From the NCBI GenBank assembly GCA_001871415.1, contig MNWW01000030.1:1-39824 (forward strand): a stretch of DNA of 39,824 bases, given 5' to 3'. The translations under genes were made by a program, and so were the position numbers. The notes under the pieces are model-generated. The model searched no databases. It was given only the letters and a program-made list of their open reading frames with translations, and had not been told where the DNA came from. Positions 16,484 to 25,394 of this stretch are shown piece after piece; the first letter of the stretch is position 1; every line of letters starts with the position of its first letter. This stretch comes from Candidatus Woesearchaeota archaeon CG1_02_57_44 (lineage in GTDB: Archaea > Nanobdellota > Nanobdellia > Woesearchaeales > CG1-02-57-44).

Positions 16484-19400
16484 CTAGCGCGCGCGTGACT
16501 TCTGCCGTGACCTTGCGGAGCGGACAGGAGCAGTCGCAGTCCCGCTTGCTGCCACGGACGGTTGAACTTGCGCCTGAGCAATTGGCTCTAGCATCGGCTT
16601 TGCCTGCGGCTTGAGCAAGCGCTCCTTGATGACATGATCAATATCTTTCTTGTGCCAACCGTGACTGAGCAGATGCTGTCGTATCTCCCTGAGCGAGTGG
16701 CCCGCCTGCAGATGCGTCAACATATAGCGGGCGAGCTCGTCCTGCGCCTGCTGCACGACTGGATGATCATGATGCTCCATGGCACGCTTGGGTCGCTGCA
16801 TGAGCGGATGCGCGCGCACGTAGACGATGCCGGCGCCCACGCTGGTCAGGATGAGCAGCAGGAGAGGCACCAGGAAGCCTCGGGGCTTTAGCGCGGGGAG
16901 TGATTGACCCTGGGCTGCACCACGGGATTCATTTGTGGGTGCTGTATCGCTGGCGCTGCCGACCTCTGCGCCGCTTGCGGAACCGATATCAACTGCTGTT
17001 TGCTCCGCTGATGTGGTTTCTGGAGTAAGCGCAGCCGTAATAGAGCCATCATCCTGTGTTGGGAGCGAAACAGTCGCTTTGGATTCTTTGCCTATCGCGA
17101 AGTACGAGAATCCTGGCGTATCCGCGTAATAGGTCACGGTGTTGTCGGTCACCGCGTCAATGACGGTCTTAAGCTCGACCCATGCACCGTTGACATTGCG
17201 ATAGAGCGAGACATCACCATTGCGCAAACCGACGCTGTTGAGCCAGGTGACATTCACGCGGAAGTAGATGCGCACCGCGGAAAACGAGCCCATGTTGGAC
17301 GTGTCAAAATGCAGCCAGTGATAGAGCGGTTCAGCCGGAGCGTCCAATGATGACGGTTTGCCGATGGCCGATATGGTGAGCTTGCCATTCACGACGCTCT
17401 CATTCGGCGTGAATTCCACGCGGCTGACCGGGATGGGCGCTATTGCCAGGGTCATGCTCTTCTGCTCGCCTGCTGCGATCGCGGCCCATATCTGGCTGGT
17501 CTTCGTGGGCGCTGCGCTGTCGCCTCCGCCACCACCACCGCCCCCTGCGGCGGATGAACTGGAACTGGAGGAAGAGCTGGTAATGGTCACGCTCAGGTTA
17601 TACTCATAATCAGATGTCATGGCGTTGCCATGCCAGTCCTGGCAGCGGACATAGTAGACATAATTTCCTGACACCGGCGTGCTTACGGTCGCGTTGAAGC
17701 TGATGTTATTGGCTGTGTCAAAATAATTATCCATGATGCCGTAGGCCACGCCCGCGCCGGTCTCATAGCGGCAAGTGCTGTTCTCATTGACCTGGAAGGT
17801 GATGACACTCGCGGTGTTTGTCGACGTATAGGGATCCTGCGACTGCACGTATGGCGCGACGGTATCATTCGCCTGCACCACGCCGCTGTGATTGAGACCT
17901 GTTATCCTGAGGCGGGTGCCATTGTACGCGCAGGCGTATTGCCCTGTGCTTCCCGGGCATACGACAAAAGTCTCATAGGCGCCATCGCAATCTTTGCTGA
18001 TATCAGCGACGGATTGCACATCAGGACTGTCCTTTATGCAGACACCTTGCGCGCCGGTCGCGTTGGTCACATAGATGGTCTTGCCGGGCGCCTCCAGGCC
18101 ACGGATGATGATGGAGCCACCTCTGCTCGTGTTCTCGTCTTTCTTGAAGGTGAGATTGCGCAGGACAAGCTTCGTCGTGTTGGTGAACGTGTAATTGAAC
18201 TGCACCAACGTCTGGTTGTCGGCCGTGAACGTGACATTCAGGTTGCCGCCGAACGCCTCTGACAGGTTCCCTGACGCATTGAGGGTGATGTTGAGCGGCA
18301 CATTGGTATTGATGCTGCTGGCATTGCCGATGAGATAGTCACCGGTATCATTCAGGCCATCATTGTCCGCGTCGGTCTCGTTGTAGTCAGGATTGCCATC
18401 GCCATCAGTATCAAGGCTCGCCGTCGCGAAGGTCCAGTTGTAGGGACTCATGGTATTGCCAGCAAGGTCTTTTGCGCCCGTCACATTGACCTGTATGAGC
18501 TGGTCATAGCCCAGCCATGCCCAGGGGATGAAGATGCTCTGGTTGGACGCGTTCCAGGACACATTGCCGCGCCAGAGCTGGCTGGTGTTCAGCGAGAGGA
18601 CACTGAATGAAGGAAGCACGGAGGTGTTCATGCTCGTCTCATTGAAGAAGACGCTGATGATGGTGCCGACCGCGACGCTGGTGGACGCGTTGGCAGGCGT
18701 GACAAGGACCGGCACTGGCGCGGTCAGGTCGAGCAGGGCTGTGATATTTCGCGTCGACTGCGCATTGCCCGCCTGGTCGACAGAGTAATAATAGACAGAA
18801 TGGTTGCCCGTTGTGTTGATGAGCACCACGATGCTTCCTGCACCGCTGGCGCTGCTGTTGGACCAGCTGTCGCTGTCCAGGCGATAGTAGGTGAGATTGA
18901 CCTGAAGGTCGTCTGATGGCGAGATAGTGACATTGTATGCAGCGGACTGCCATCTGGCCTCGCCGGCCGACGACGCTGTGGTGTTCGGACTGGTGGTGTC
19001 GACGTACAGGGCCACGGACGCGTTGCCCATGTTGCCCGACGTATCATTGGCGAAGATGGTGAGCGTGTAGGTCCCGGCGGCGCTGACATTGAGCAGAAGC
19101 TGGCCATGCTGACCCGCGAGGGTGATGTTGCCGCCGGCATTGCCTGTGCCGTTGCTCAGCCAGGCGCTGCTGAAGTACGCTTCTGTTATGTTCCAGGCGA
19201 CGGTAATATTGACCGTACTGTTGACATAGGACGCATTCAGCGGGAGTGTGAAGTTGACGATTGGAGATGTGATGTCGCTCGCGCCGAAGGCGCCGGAGAA
19301 ATGGTCCGCATAGATGACGGTCGATGAGCCAGAGACCTCGTAGCAGGCACTGTCCGTTCCGATGATGGATACGTGGCTGCTGATGTTCACGGTGGCAGAG

Positions 19401-21421
19401 CAGGTGCTGATGGCGGAGCAGGACGCATTCTCCATTGCTGTGCCATTGCAATAATAGTTGGCCGCATAGGTCGTGGGGAGGGCGATGACACCGTACTTGT
19501 AGTTTGATCCTGCTGGTAGGAATGATTCCACGTCGAACCAGCCGAAGTCGGAGATGTTGAGACCTGACGCCTCAGCTGCCGCAACGATGCTGGCCGAGGG
19601 ACTCTCATTGACCTGCGTGTCATTCATCGCCGCCATCTGGCTGAGATTGATGGAGAAGCCCACGATAGCAAAGCTCTTATTTCCCTGCGTGATGGTGAGC
19701 GTGTAGTTGTAGAAGACCGGCGCCAGGTAGTCTGATGCTGTGCCGTCCTCCAGGGTCACGTTCATGGATTGCCCTGGTTTCTGGAAGAGGTCTGTCAGCT
19801 GGCTCGCGTTCACGGCCTGCAATTCTGCGAGCAAAGGACTGGTGCAGGTGACGCGGTTGAAGGTATCGTTGGCGCAGAGATAGACCGTATGCGAGCCTGG
19901 GCCCGTCAGGTTGCTCGTGAAATCAAGATCCACGCCCGCCACATAGGTCCCCTCACCGCCTGACCGTGCCATGGTGATTGCGCCGCTGTTCTGGCTCTCA
20001 AGCTGCCAGTGCGCGGTGATGTTGTACCACACGCTGTCGATGCTGGTATCCGACACATTCGCGATGAAGGTCACGTTGAGCGTAGTGTAGTTTGTGGCGT
20101 TAGGTGATATCTGAAGCACGGTCGGAGCTACGTCATCAAGTATGTAGTAGTAGGTCGCGTTGGACGCGCGGCCGAGCGAGTCGTTGGCTGTTATGAAGAC
20201 TGTCGTATTGTCAGCTTCTGCCCAGAGCGAGAGGTTTGCGGAAAGGGACATGGAGGTGTTACCGGAAGCGGCAAGTGCGTAACCCTGCAGGTTGCTGCCG
20301 CTGCTGTTGGTCACGTTCAGCTGGACGATGTCCAAAGCAGCGTCGCTCGCCACCATGATAAGCGAGCCGGATGTCGTGACGTAAGGAGTTGTCTGGCTCG
20401 GCGTTATCGTGGGCGCATCGTATGGCACTGCCGCGACGCTGGCGTTAGCGCCCTGATTGCCGCTGGTGTCATTGGCCGAGACGCGATAGCCGTAGCTTGC
20501 GCCGTTGGTGAGGCCGGTGTCCTGATACGTTGTCGCGCTTGTTGTGTTCAGGAGCGCCCAGGTGCCGGTGTTGTTGCTGAAGATGAGATAGTTCTCCAGG
20601 TCCGCGAAGGTGGTATCATCGGTGCTATTCGCGGGCGCTGTCCACGTGAGGTTGATGGTGGTGTTGCCCGCGGCCGCGTCCAGGCCCGTGACCACGCCAG
20701 GAGCCACATTGTCCAGCGGCGTCGCGTTATAGGCGATGACCGTGGTGTTGCGGTTGTCGGCCGTGTCATTGGCGATGACCGCGACCCAGGCCTCTGTGCC
20801 GTCAGCGAGGCCCTCCACATTCCAGGATGTCGCTGTGGTACTGCCATTGAAGGTCGCGCCCGATGTGCTGGTGAAGTTGGACGCGCTGACGTAGATGAGA
20901 TATTCGCTCAAGTCCGCCTCACTGTTTGCTGACCAGGACAGGGTGATGCGTCCGGAGCTGGTCGCGTTGTTCTGCACGCTGACGCCCGCGATGGGCGCTG
21001 GCGGAGAGTCAAAAAGCGTCAGGTTCGGCATGATGGCGTAGCCGTTGCTCACATCCGTCGCGGTCAGGGTGTAATTGGATGTGTTTGACTGGACCGGCCA
21101 GCTGTAATTGACGCTCAGGAGCACCACATCACCAGCGCCGGAGTAGTTAATGCTCCTGCGGAAGTGGAAGATAGCGGACTCGCCTGTGGGAAGCGCGCCT
21201 GACCGGTTGTCCAGCACGGTCGATGTGCCATTGTAGAAGACGACCACGGTGTAGGACGCGCCGGTGGCGTTGGAGCCATTCGCCAGGAGCACATGGCCCA
21301 TCATGGGCATCACGTTGATGGACGGCGGCGCGTCCGCGAGCACGACTGGCGCAAACAAGGCGCCAGCTACTCCTATCAACAGCACCCCAAGGAGCAAACG
21401 CTCCAACACGTATCTGCCCAT
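16484..21421 (-). CDS. Large secreted surface glycoprotein: FN3/Ig-like repeats, DxDxDG Ca-binding motif, PGF-pre-PGF domain, C-terminal TM and cytoplasmic tail (1645 aa)
   Basis: Signal peptide; ITLSW/INLTW...Y.DTGL.NG..Y.YRVSA; DTDGDGNPDYNETDADNDG; Ser/Gly linker then YYADTPGFSYFAIG; TM GFLVPLLLLILTSVGAGIVYV; many NxS/T sequons. Confidence 0.88.
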   Translation of the reverse strand: MGRYVLERLLLGVLLIGVAGALFAPVVLADAPPSINVMPMMGHVLLANGSNATGASYTVVVFYNGTSTVLDNRSGALPTGESAIFHFRRSINYSGAGDVVLLSVNYSWPVQSNTSNYTLTATDVSNGYAIMPNLTLFDSPPAPIAGVSVQNNATSSGRITLSWSANSEADLSEYLIYVSASNFTSTSGATFNGSTTATSWNVEGLADGTEAWVAVIANDTADNRNTTVIAYNATPLDNVAPGVVTGLDAAAGNTTINLTWTAPANSTDDTTFADLENYLIFSNNTGTWALLNTTSATTYQDTGLTNGASYGYRVSANDTSGNQGANASVAAVPYDAPTITPSQTTPYVTTSGSLIMVASDAALDIVQLNVTNSSGSNLQGYALAASGNTSMSLSANLSLWAEADNTTVFITANDSLGRASNATYYYILDDVAPTVLQISPNATNYTTLNVTFIANVSDTSIDSVWYNITAHWQLESQNSGAITMARSGGEGTYVAGVDLDFTSNLTGPGSHTVYLCANDTFNRVTCTSPLLAELQAVNASQLTDLFQKPGQSMNVTLEDGTASDYLAPVFYNYTLTITQGNKSFAIVGFSINLSQMAAMNDTQVNESPSASIVAAAEASGLNISDFGWFDVESFLPAGSNYKYGVIALPTTYAANYYCNGTAMENASCSAISTCSATVNISSHVSIIGTDSACYEVSGSSTVIYADHFSGAFGASDITSPIVNFTLPLNASYVNSTVNITVAWNITEAYFSSAWLSNGTGNAGGNITLAGQHGQLLLNVSAAGTYTLTIFANDTSGNMGNASVALYVDTTSPNTTASSAGEARWQSAAYNVTISPSDDLQVNLTYYRLDSDSWSNSSASGAGSIVVLINTTGNHSVYYYSVDQAGNAQSTRNITALLDLTAPVPVLVTPANASTSVAVGTIISVFFNETSMNTSVLPSFSVLSLNTSQLWRGNVSWNASNQSIFIPWAWLGYDQLIQVNVTGAKDLAGNTMSPYNWTFATASLDTDGDGNPDYNETDADNDGLNDTGDYLIGNASSINTNVPLNITLNASGNLSEAFGGNLNVTFTADNQTLVQFNYTFTNTTKLVLRNLTFKKDENTSRGGSIIIRGLEAPGKTIYVTNATGAQGVCIKDSPDVQSVADISKDCDGAYETFVVCPGSTGQYACAYNGTRLRITGLNHSGVVQANDTVAPYVQSQDPYTSTNTASVITFQVNENSTCRYETGAGVAYGIMDNYFDTANNISFNATVSTPVSGNYVYYVRCQDWHGNAMTSDYEYNLSVTITSSSSSSSSSAAGGGGGGGGDSAAPTKTSQIWAAIAAGEQKSMTLAIAPIPVSRVEFTPNESVVNGKLTISAIGKPSSLDAPAEPLYHWLHFDTSNMGSFSAVRIYFRVNVTWLNSVGLRNGDVSLYRNVNGAWVELKTVIDAVTDNTVTYYADTPGFSYFAIGKESKATVSLPTQDDGSITAALTPETTSAEQTAVDIGSASGAEVGSASDTAPTNESRGAAQGQSLPALKPRGFLVPLLLLILTSVGAGIVYVRAHPLMQRPKRAMEHHDHPVVQQAQDELARYMLTHLQAGHSLREIRQHLLSHGWHKKDIDHVIKERLLKPQAKPMLEPIAQAQVQPSVAASGTATAPVRSARSRQKSRAR

Positions 21422-21515
21422 GACCTGAAGACCCCACTGCCCTTCGCCGCCCCTGATGCCTCTGCTGCATCACTGCGCGCAGATCACGACAGGCGGCGAG
21501 GCCCTTGCCTTGCCC

Positions 21516-23069
21516 TCATCCATACGACCAGGAATCATTCTGGCTGGTGCGTATCCAATAGCCCACTCCGGGCTCCACATCCGCGAAGCCGTCAAAGGAG
21601 CCGAGTATCTTGATATTCGTCTCCCAGCTGCTGCTGGACGTGTTGTAGCGCCAGAGACTGACATAGCCGGACACGTCCGCAAATACTGATGAGACTGTCG
21701 CGCTCGACGCCTGGCTATAGCCGACCATAGTCCAGGTCGCGACAAGAGAGACGTTCTGGCTCTGCTGCGTGCCGCTCACGGTCAACGTGCCGGGGCTGAG
21801 CATCTTTATCCAGTAGCCCTTGCCGATCTCAAGCACCTGCAGCTCGCCGTCCAGGATGCCCAGGCCGGACAGGTAGGTCGATGACTGCCAGCCCTGCCTG
21901 CTCGTGTTCCACCAGTAGAGGACCGTATAGTTGAGGCCGGTGAGGATGGTCTGCGCGCCCGAGGCGCTCGGCTGCAGCGGCAGGGAGAACAGGTTCCATC
22001 CTGCCGAGAGGTTGATGCTTGATGACAGCGTGGTGATGGAGCCGTTCACCTGTGTGCTGTTGCGCGAGATATGCCCCGCGTCATCATACGCGAAGACCTG
22101 AAAGTAGTAGGTATATCCGGTCAGGCCGGTATGATCGTGGGTGAGGGTCGCATTGGACGTGTTGGCGATATTGACCCAGTTGCTTGGCACCTGGGGCGGG
22201 CTTGTCGCGTTGGGCGTCGTGGTGTTGGCCATGTAGAGCATATAGCCCATGACATCGGCCGTCGATGTGCTGTCATTGTTGCTTGTGACCGCGCTCCACG
22301 TCAAGGTGATGGTGCTGGCGGAGACTGACGCAGAGAGATTGGCCACGCTCTCGGGCGCCAGGACATCAGCGACCACTCCTGCCACCGGGATGACGGACGC
22401 GTTATAATTGCCCTCCGCGTCCTGCGGGGCTATGGCGTACCAGTACGTGGCATCACTGGTGAGGCCGCTGTCCGTGTAGTTGTCGTCCGTGGTGTTGGCG
22501 ATGTTGCTCGCGGACGCTGTCGAGGAGAAGTTTGATTGGCTGCGATAGACGCGGTACAGGGCGAGGTCTGATTCTGACGACGCGCTCCAGGAGACATTGA
22601 GCTGTGTCTGCCCTGCGACTGATGCGACCGCCAGGCCAGCCACCTGCGCCGGCGGGAAGTTGAAGAGCGTCAGGTTGAGCATGATAGCATAGCCATTGCT
22701 CACGTCCGCGGCCGTGATGGTGTAATTGGACTGGTTGCGCTGGTAGGGGAAACTTGTGTTGACCACCAGGATGACCGTGTCATTCTCCGCGCTGTAGTTG
22801 AGGTTGAGACTGAAGTGATAGATTGAGCCGCCGCCCGTCGGCAATGTCCCGGCCCTGGCATCCAGGACCGTGCTGCTGCCGTTATAGTAGACCGTCACGT
22901 TGTAGCTCGCGCCTGTCGCATTGCTCCCGTTAGAAAGCAGCACATGCGCCTTGACAGGCAGCTGGTTGATGCTCGGCGGGCCGTCAGCTAACGCGACCCC
23001 CAGGAGGGCCATGGCCAAAACCGCCACCAGCACAGCCATCGCTGCATTGCCTTTGCCGACCCGTCCCAT
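21516..23069 (-). CDS. Secreted FN3-domain glycoprotein with C-terminal tandem L..GWNL.S.P-type repeats
   Basis: Signal peptide, two FN3-like units, LSAGWNLFSLP...GKGYWI and second copy ...GVGYWI; TTTATAA 24 nt before ATG 23069. Confidence 0.85.
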   Translation of the reverse strand: MGRVGKGNAAMAVLVAVLAMALLGVALADGPPSINQLPVKAHVLLSNGSNATGASYNVTVYYNGSSTVLDARAGTLPTGGGSIYHFSLNLNYSAENDTVILVVNTSFPYQRNQSNYTITAADVSNGYAIMLNLTLFNFPPAQVAGLAVASVAGQTQLNVSWSASSESDLALYRVYRSQSNFSSTASASNIANTTDDNYTDSGLTSDATYWYAIAPQDAEGNYNASVIPVAGVVADVLAPESVANLSASVSASTITLTWSAVTSNNDSTSTADVMGYMLYMANTTTPNATSPPQVPSNWVNIANTSNATLTHDHTGLTGYTYYFQVFAYDDAGHISRNSTQVNGSITTLSSSINLSAGWNLFSLPLQPSASGAQTILTGLNYTVLYWWNTSRQGWQSSTYLSGLGILDGELQVLEIGKGYWIKMLSPGTLTVSGTQQSQNVSLVATWTMVGYSQASSATVSSVFADVSGYVSLWRYNTSSSSWETNIKILGSFDGFADVEPGVGYWIRTSQNDSWSYG

Positions 23070-23172
23070 AGTGCTTTTCGTACCCATCTGCCTTATAAAC
23101 CTTGCTCCTCATCCACTGTGCCTGAAAGGCCCCTGCTCCCGGGCGTCCTCACAACCTTGATCGCGCCCATCT

Positions 23173-24072
23173 TCATCGGAAGTAATCGCGCTTCATCCTG
23201 CGGTCATTGATGATGTAGCCACCGACCAGGCCTGCGGTCAGGGCCGCTATAGCAATGAAGACTATCCATCCAGTGCCGCTCTGCGGCGGCGCCATGATAT
23301 CATCGGCGTTAGGAGGATGCTTCGCGTCCTCCGTGGGTTCCGCCGCCGCATCCGTGGCCTGAGCGCCGCCCGCAGCCCCATCACCTGAGCCTCCGCTGGC
23401 ATCCACCTGCGTGTCCGCGGATGCGTCTGCGGCTGTGGAGCCATCCTGCAGGGCATCAGCGTCCGGGTCAGCATCGGTCGCGGGGGGCATGTAGGCCGTC
23501 GTCGACCCACCTGAAGTTGCCGATGAGCCGGATGACGCATCGCCAGAGGAAGATCCTGACGAGCCGTCGAACGGCGCGCTGTCTCCGGACGTGTCATCGC
23601 GGCCTGACACTGCCTGACCGACGCTGATATCAAGCGTATGCTCGGTTCCCGATGCGCCGATGGTCACCGGGTTCTCGTTGATCGCCTGCCCGTCCACCGT
23701 GATGGTTGCCTGCATGCCCTCGGTCAGCGTGCTGTTGAGCTGGAAGTACAGGAAGTACTGGTCAAACTGCATATCGCCCATGGTGTAGCGGGAGACTTGC
23801 GCGCCATCGACCTTGGCGATGATCACCGCGCCCGAGTCCTGCGTCAATGCTGCTCCGTCGACCGTCACGGTGCCTCGCAGCATGTGCGGTATGGCAGGAG
23901 GGGATGACGGCGCTGCGCTCACCGCCTGCATCGGCAAGGTGAGCAGCAGCATCGGTAGCGTGAGCAGCAGCATCGGTATCACGAGCATCAGCTTCGAGGC
24001 GAGGACCGCACCCGCACGCGCGCACGCAGGCCCCCGGAGGGCTGAAGAATCATCGCGTCTCATCGTGGTCAC
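23173..24072 (-). CDS. Membrane-anchored surface protein (one beta domain, acidic Ser/Asp/Ala stalk, C-terminal TM)
   Basis: Signal peptide, PPAIPHMLRGTVTVDG domain, low-complexity stalk, TM WIVFIAIAALTAGLVGGYII, basic tail; GTGA-coupled start. Confidence 0.82.
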   Translation of the reverse strand: MTTMRRDDSSALRGPACARAGAVLASKLMLVIPMLLLTLPMLLLTLPMQAVSAAPSSPPAIPHMLRGTVTVDGAALTQDSGAVIIAKVDGAQVSRYTMGDMQFDQYFLYFQLNSTLTEGMQATITVDGQAINENPVTIGASGTEHTLDISVGQAVSGRDDTSGDSAPFDGSSGSSSGDASSGSSATSGGSTTAYMPPATDADPDADALQDGSTAADASADTQVDASGGSGDGAAGGAQATDAAAEPTEDAKHPPNADDIMAPPQSGTGWIVFIAIAALTAGLVGGYIINDRRMKRDYFR

Positions 24073-25394
24073 CAGCTCACCGTCCAGTTGTCCGCAGCAT
24101 CAGCCGCTACATAATATGCGCGACCAGGAGTCATGAGATTGAGCGTGTTGAGGAACGAGAGCCCTGCGGAGTCGTACCAATACCAGCTGCCGGCCGCATA
24201 CGACCACACATAATAGCGCTGCGATACACTGCCAAACGCGCTCGCCATGCCGACCGTGGCATTCGCGTTGTATCCGAGCAGTTGGTAGGATGTGGCGAGC
24301 GGGACTGTCACGGAGAGATTCGTGCCGTTCACGAGCAGGGTCTGCGCGTTGCTGTCATTGACATAGAGCCAGTACCCATAGCCGGGCTGCAATGCCGCGA
24401 GGGTCCCGCCGGAGCCAGGGATGAAGTACTGCCACGATCCATTATAGGCCCAGACATAAGAATAATTGCTCCCCAGGCTCGCGAATGCGTAGGAGGGAGT
24501 CATGTTGGTCAGGTTGAGCGGGATGCTCAGCGCGTTCCATCCCGGTTGCAGGGTCGTGGTGAAGGGCGTCAGATTCGCGCCCGCGTCCTGCACCTGCGCC
24601 TCGCTGCTGTTGGACACCGTGGCATTGCGCCAATCCCTCACCGTAACATCAGCACTCACGCCTGCGACGCTCACGTTGAACCAGCAGGAGTCATTGCCCT
24701 GCACGAGCGTCCATGACGTGGAGGTCACGGCATTGTTGTTGATCGCGCCCATGTCATTCTGCTGGCTCTTGAGATCTCCCGTGATGACGCATTCGCTGGA
24801 AGGGATGGACAGGTTGGCAGTCACCGCGCCCAGGTTGCCTCCTGCGGTGATGCTCGCGGTGACCGTGAATGCGCTTCCCAGTGCCTTCTGGCTGGAGGCG
24901 CTCAGCTCCAGGTTCTTGATGCTGATGACATTGACCTGCGCGCTTGCGGCGGTGGTGTCAGATGTCGTGTCCATGAGGATGGAGCTGAACTGGTGCACGC
25001 CAGAGGTCGTTGGTGTGATGCCGGTGAACGAAGCGGTCGTGGTCGCTCCTGCCGCAATGCTGCTCGAGAATCCTGATCCCGCAAAGCTGGCCGCATTCGC
25101 CCAGGAGCCGCTGGTATAGAGGCTGACTGAATTGAGCGTCTCGGTGCTCGAGCCGGTGTTCTGGATAGCTGCCTCGCAGGTCAGCGAGCCCTGGTTCTCC
25201 ACGGTGATGGTGCCGGACTCAGAGTTGCAGGTGAAGGTGGTGACCTGCAGGGCCGCACGCGCCGCCAGCGGGAGCAGCGAGAGGGCCAGGAGCGCCACTA
25301 TCATCATCCCCGCCGGCCGTGCTGCCACGCGCAGCCAAGCCTGTCTCCAGGCCTGTCGCCTGCCCGCCTTGCTGCGCATCTGCTCATGCATCAT
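24069..25394 (-). CDS. Secreted protein, Ig/CARDB-like N-terminal domains plus tandem GWN repeats
   Basis: Signal peptide, beta-rich Ser/Thr sequence, LQPGWNALSIP...PGYGYWL and ...PGRAYYV; start overlaps upstream stop. Confidence 0.82.
   Translation of the reverse strand: MMHEQMRSKAGRRQAWRQAWLRVAARPAGMMIVALLALSLLPLAARAALQVTTFTCNSESGTITVENQGSLTCEAAIQNTGSSTETLNSVSLYTSGSWANAASFAGSGFSSSIAAGATTTASFTGITPTTSGVHQFSSILMDTTSDTTAASAQVNVISIKNLELSASSQKALGSAFTVTASITAGGNLGAVTANLSIPSSECVITGDLKSQQNDMGAINNNAVTSTSWTLVQGNDSCWFNVSVAGVSADVTVRDWRNATVSNSSEAQVQDAGANLTPFTTTLQPGWNALSIPLNLTNMTPSYAFASLGSNYSYVWAYNGSWQYFIPGSGGTLAALQPGYGYWLYVNDSNAQTLLVNGTNLSVTVPLATSYQLLGYNANATVGMASAFGSVSQRYYVWSYAAGSWYWYDSAGLSFLNTLNLMTPGRAYYVAADAADNWTVSW

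Noticed and set aside
17520..17580. Low-complexity GGA/CCA-type run
   Set aside because: Encodes the Ser/Gly linker before the PGF-pre-PGF domain; not a repeat element.
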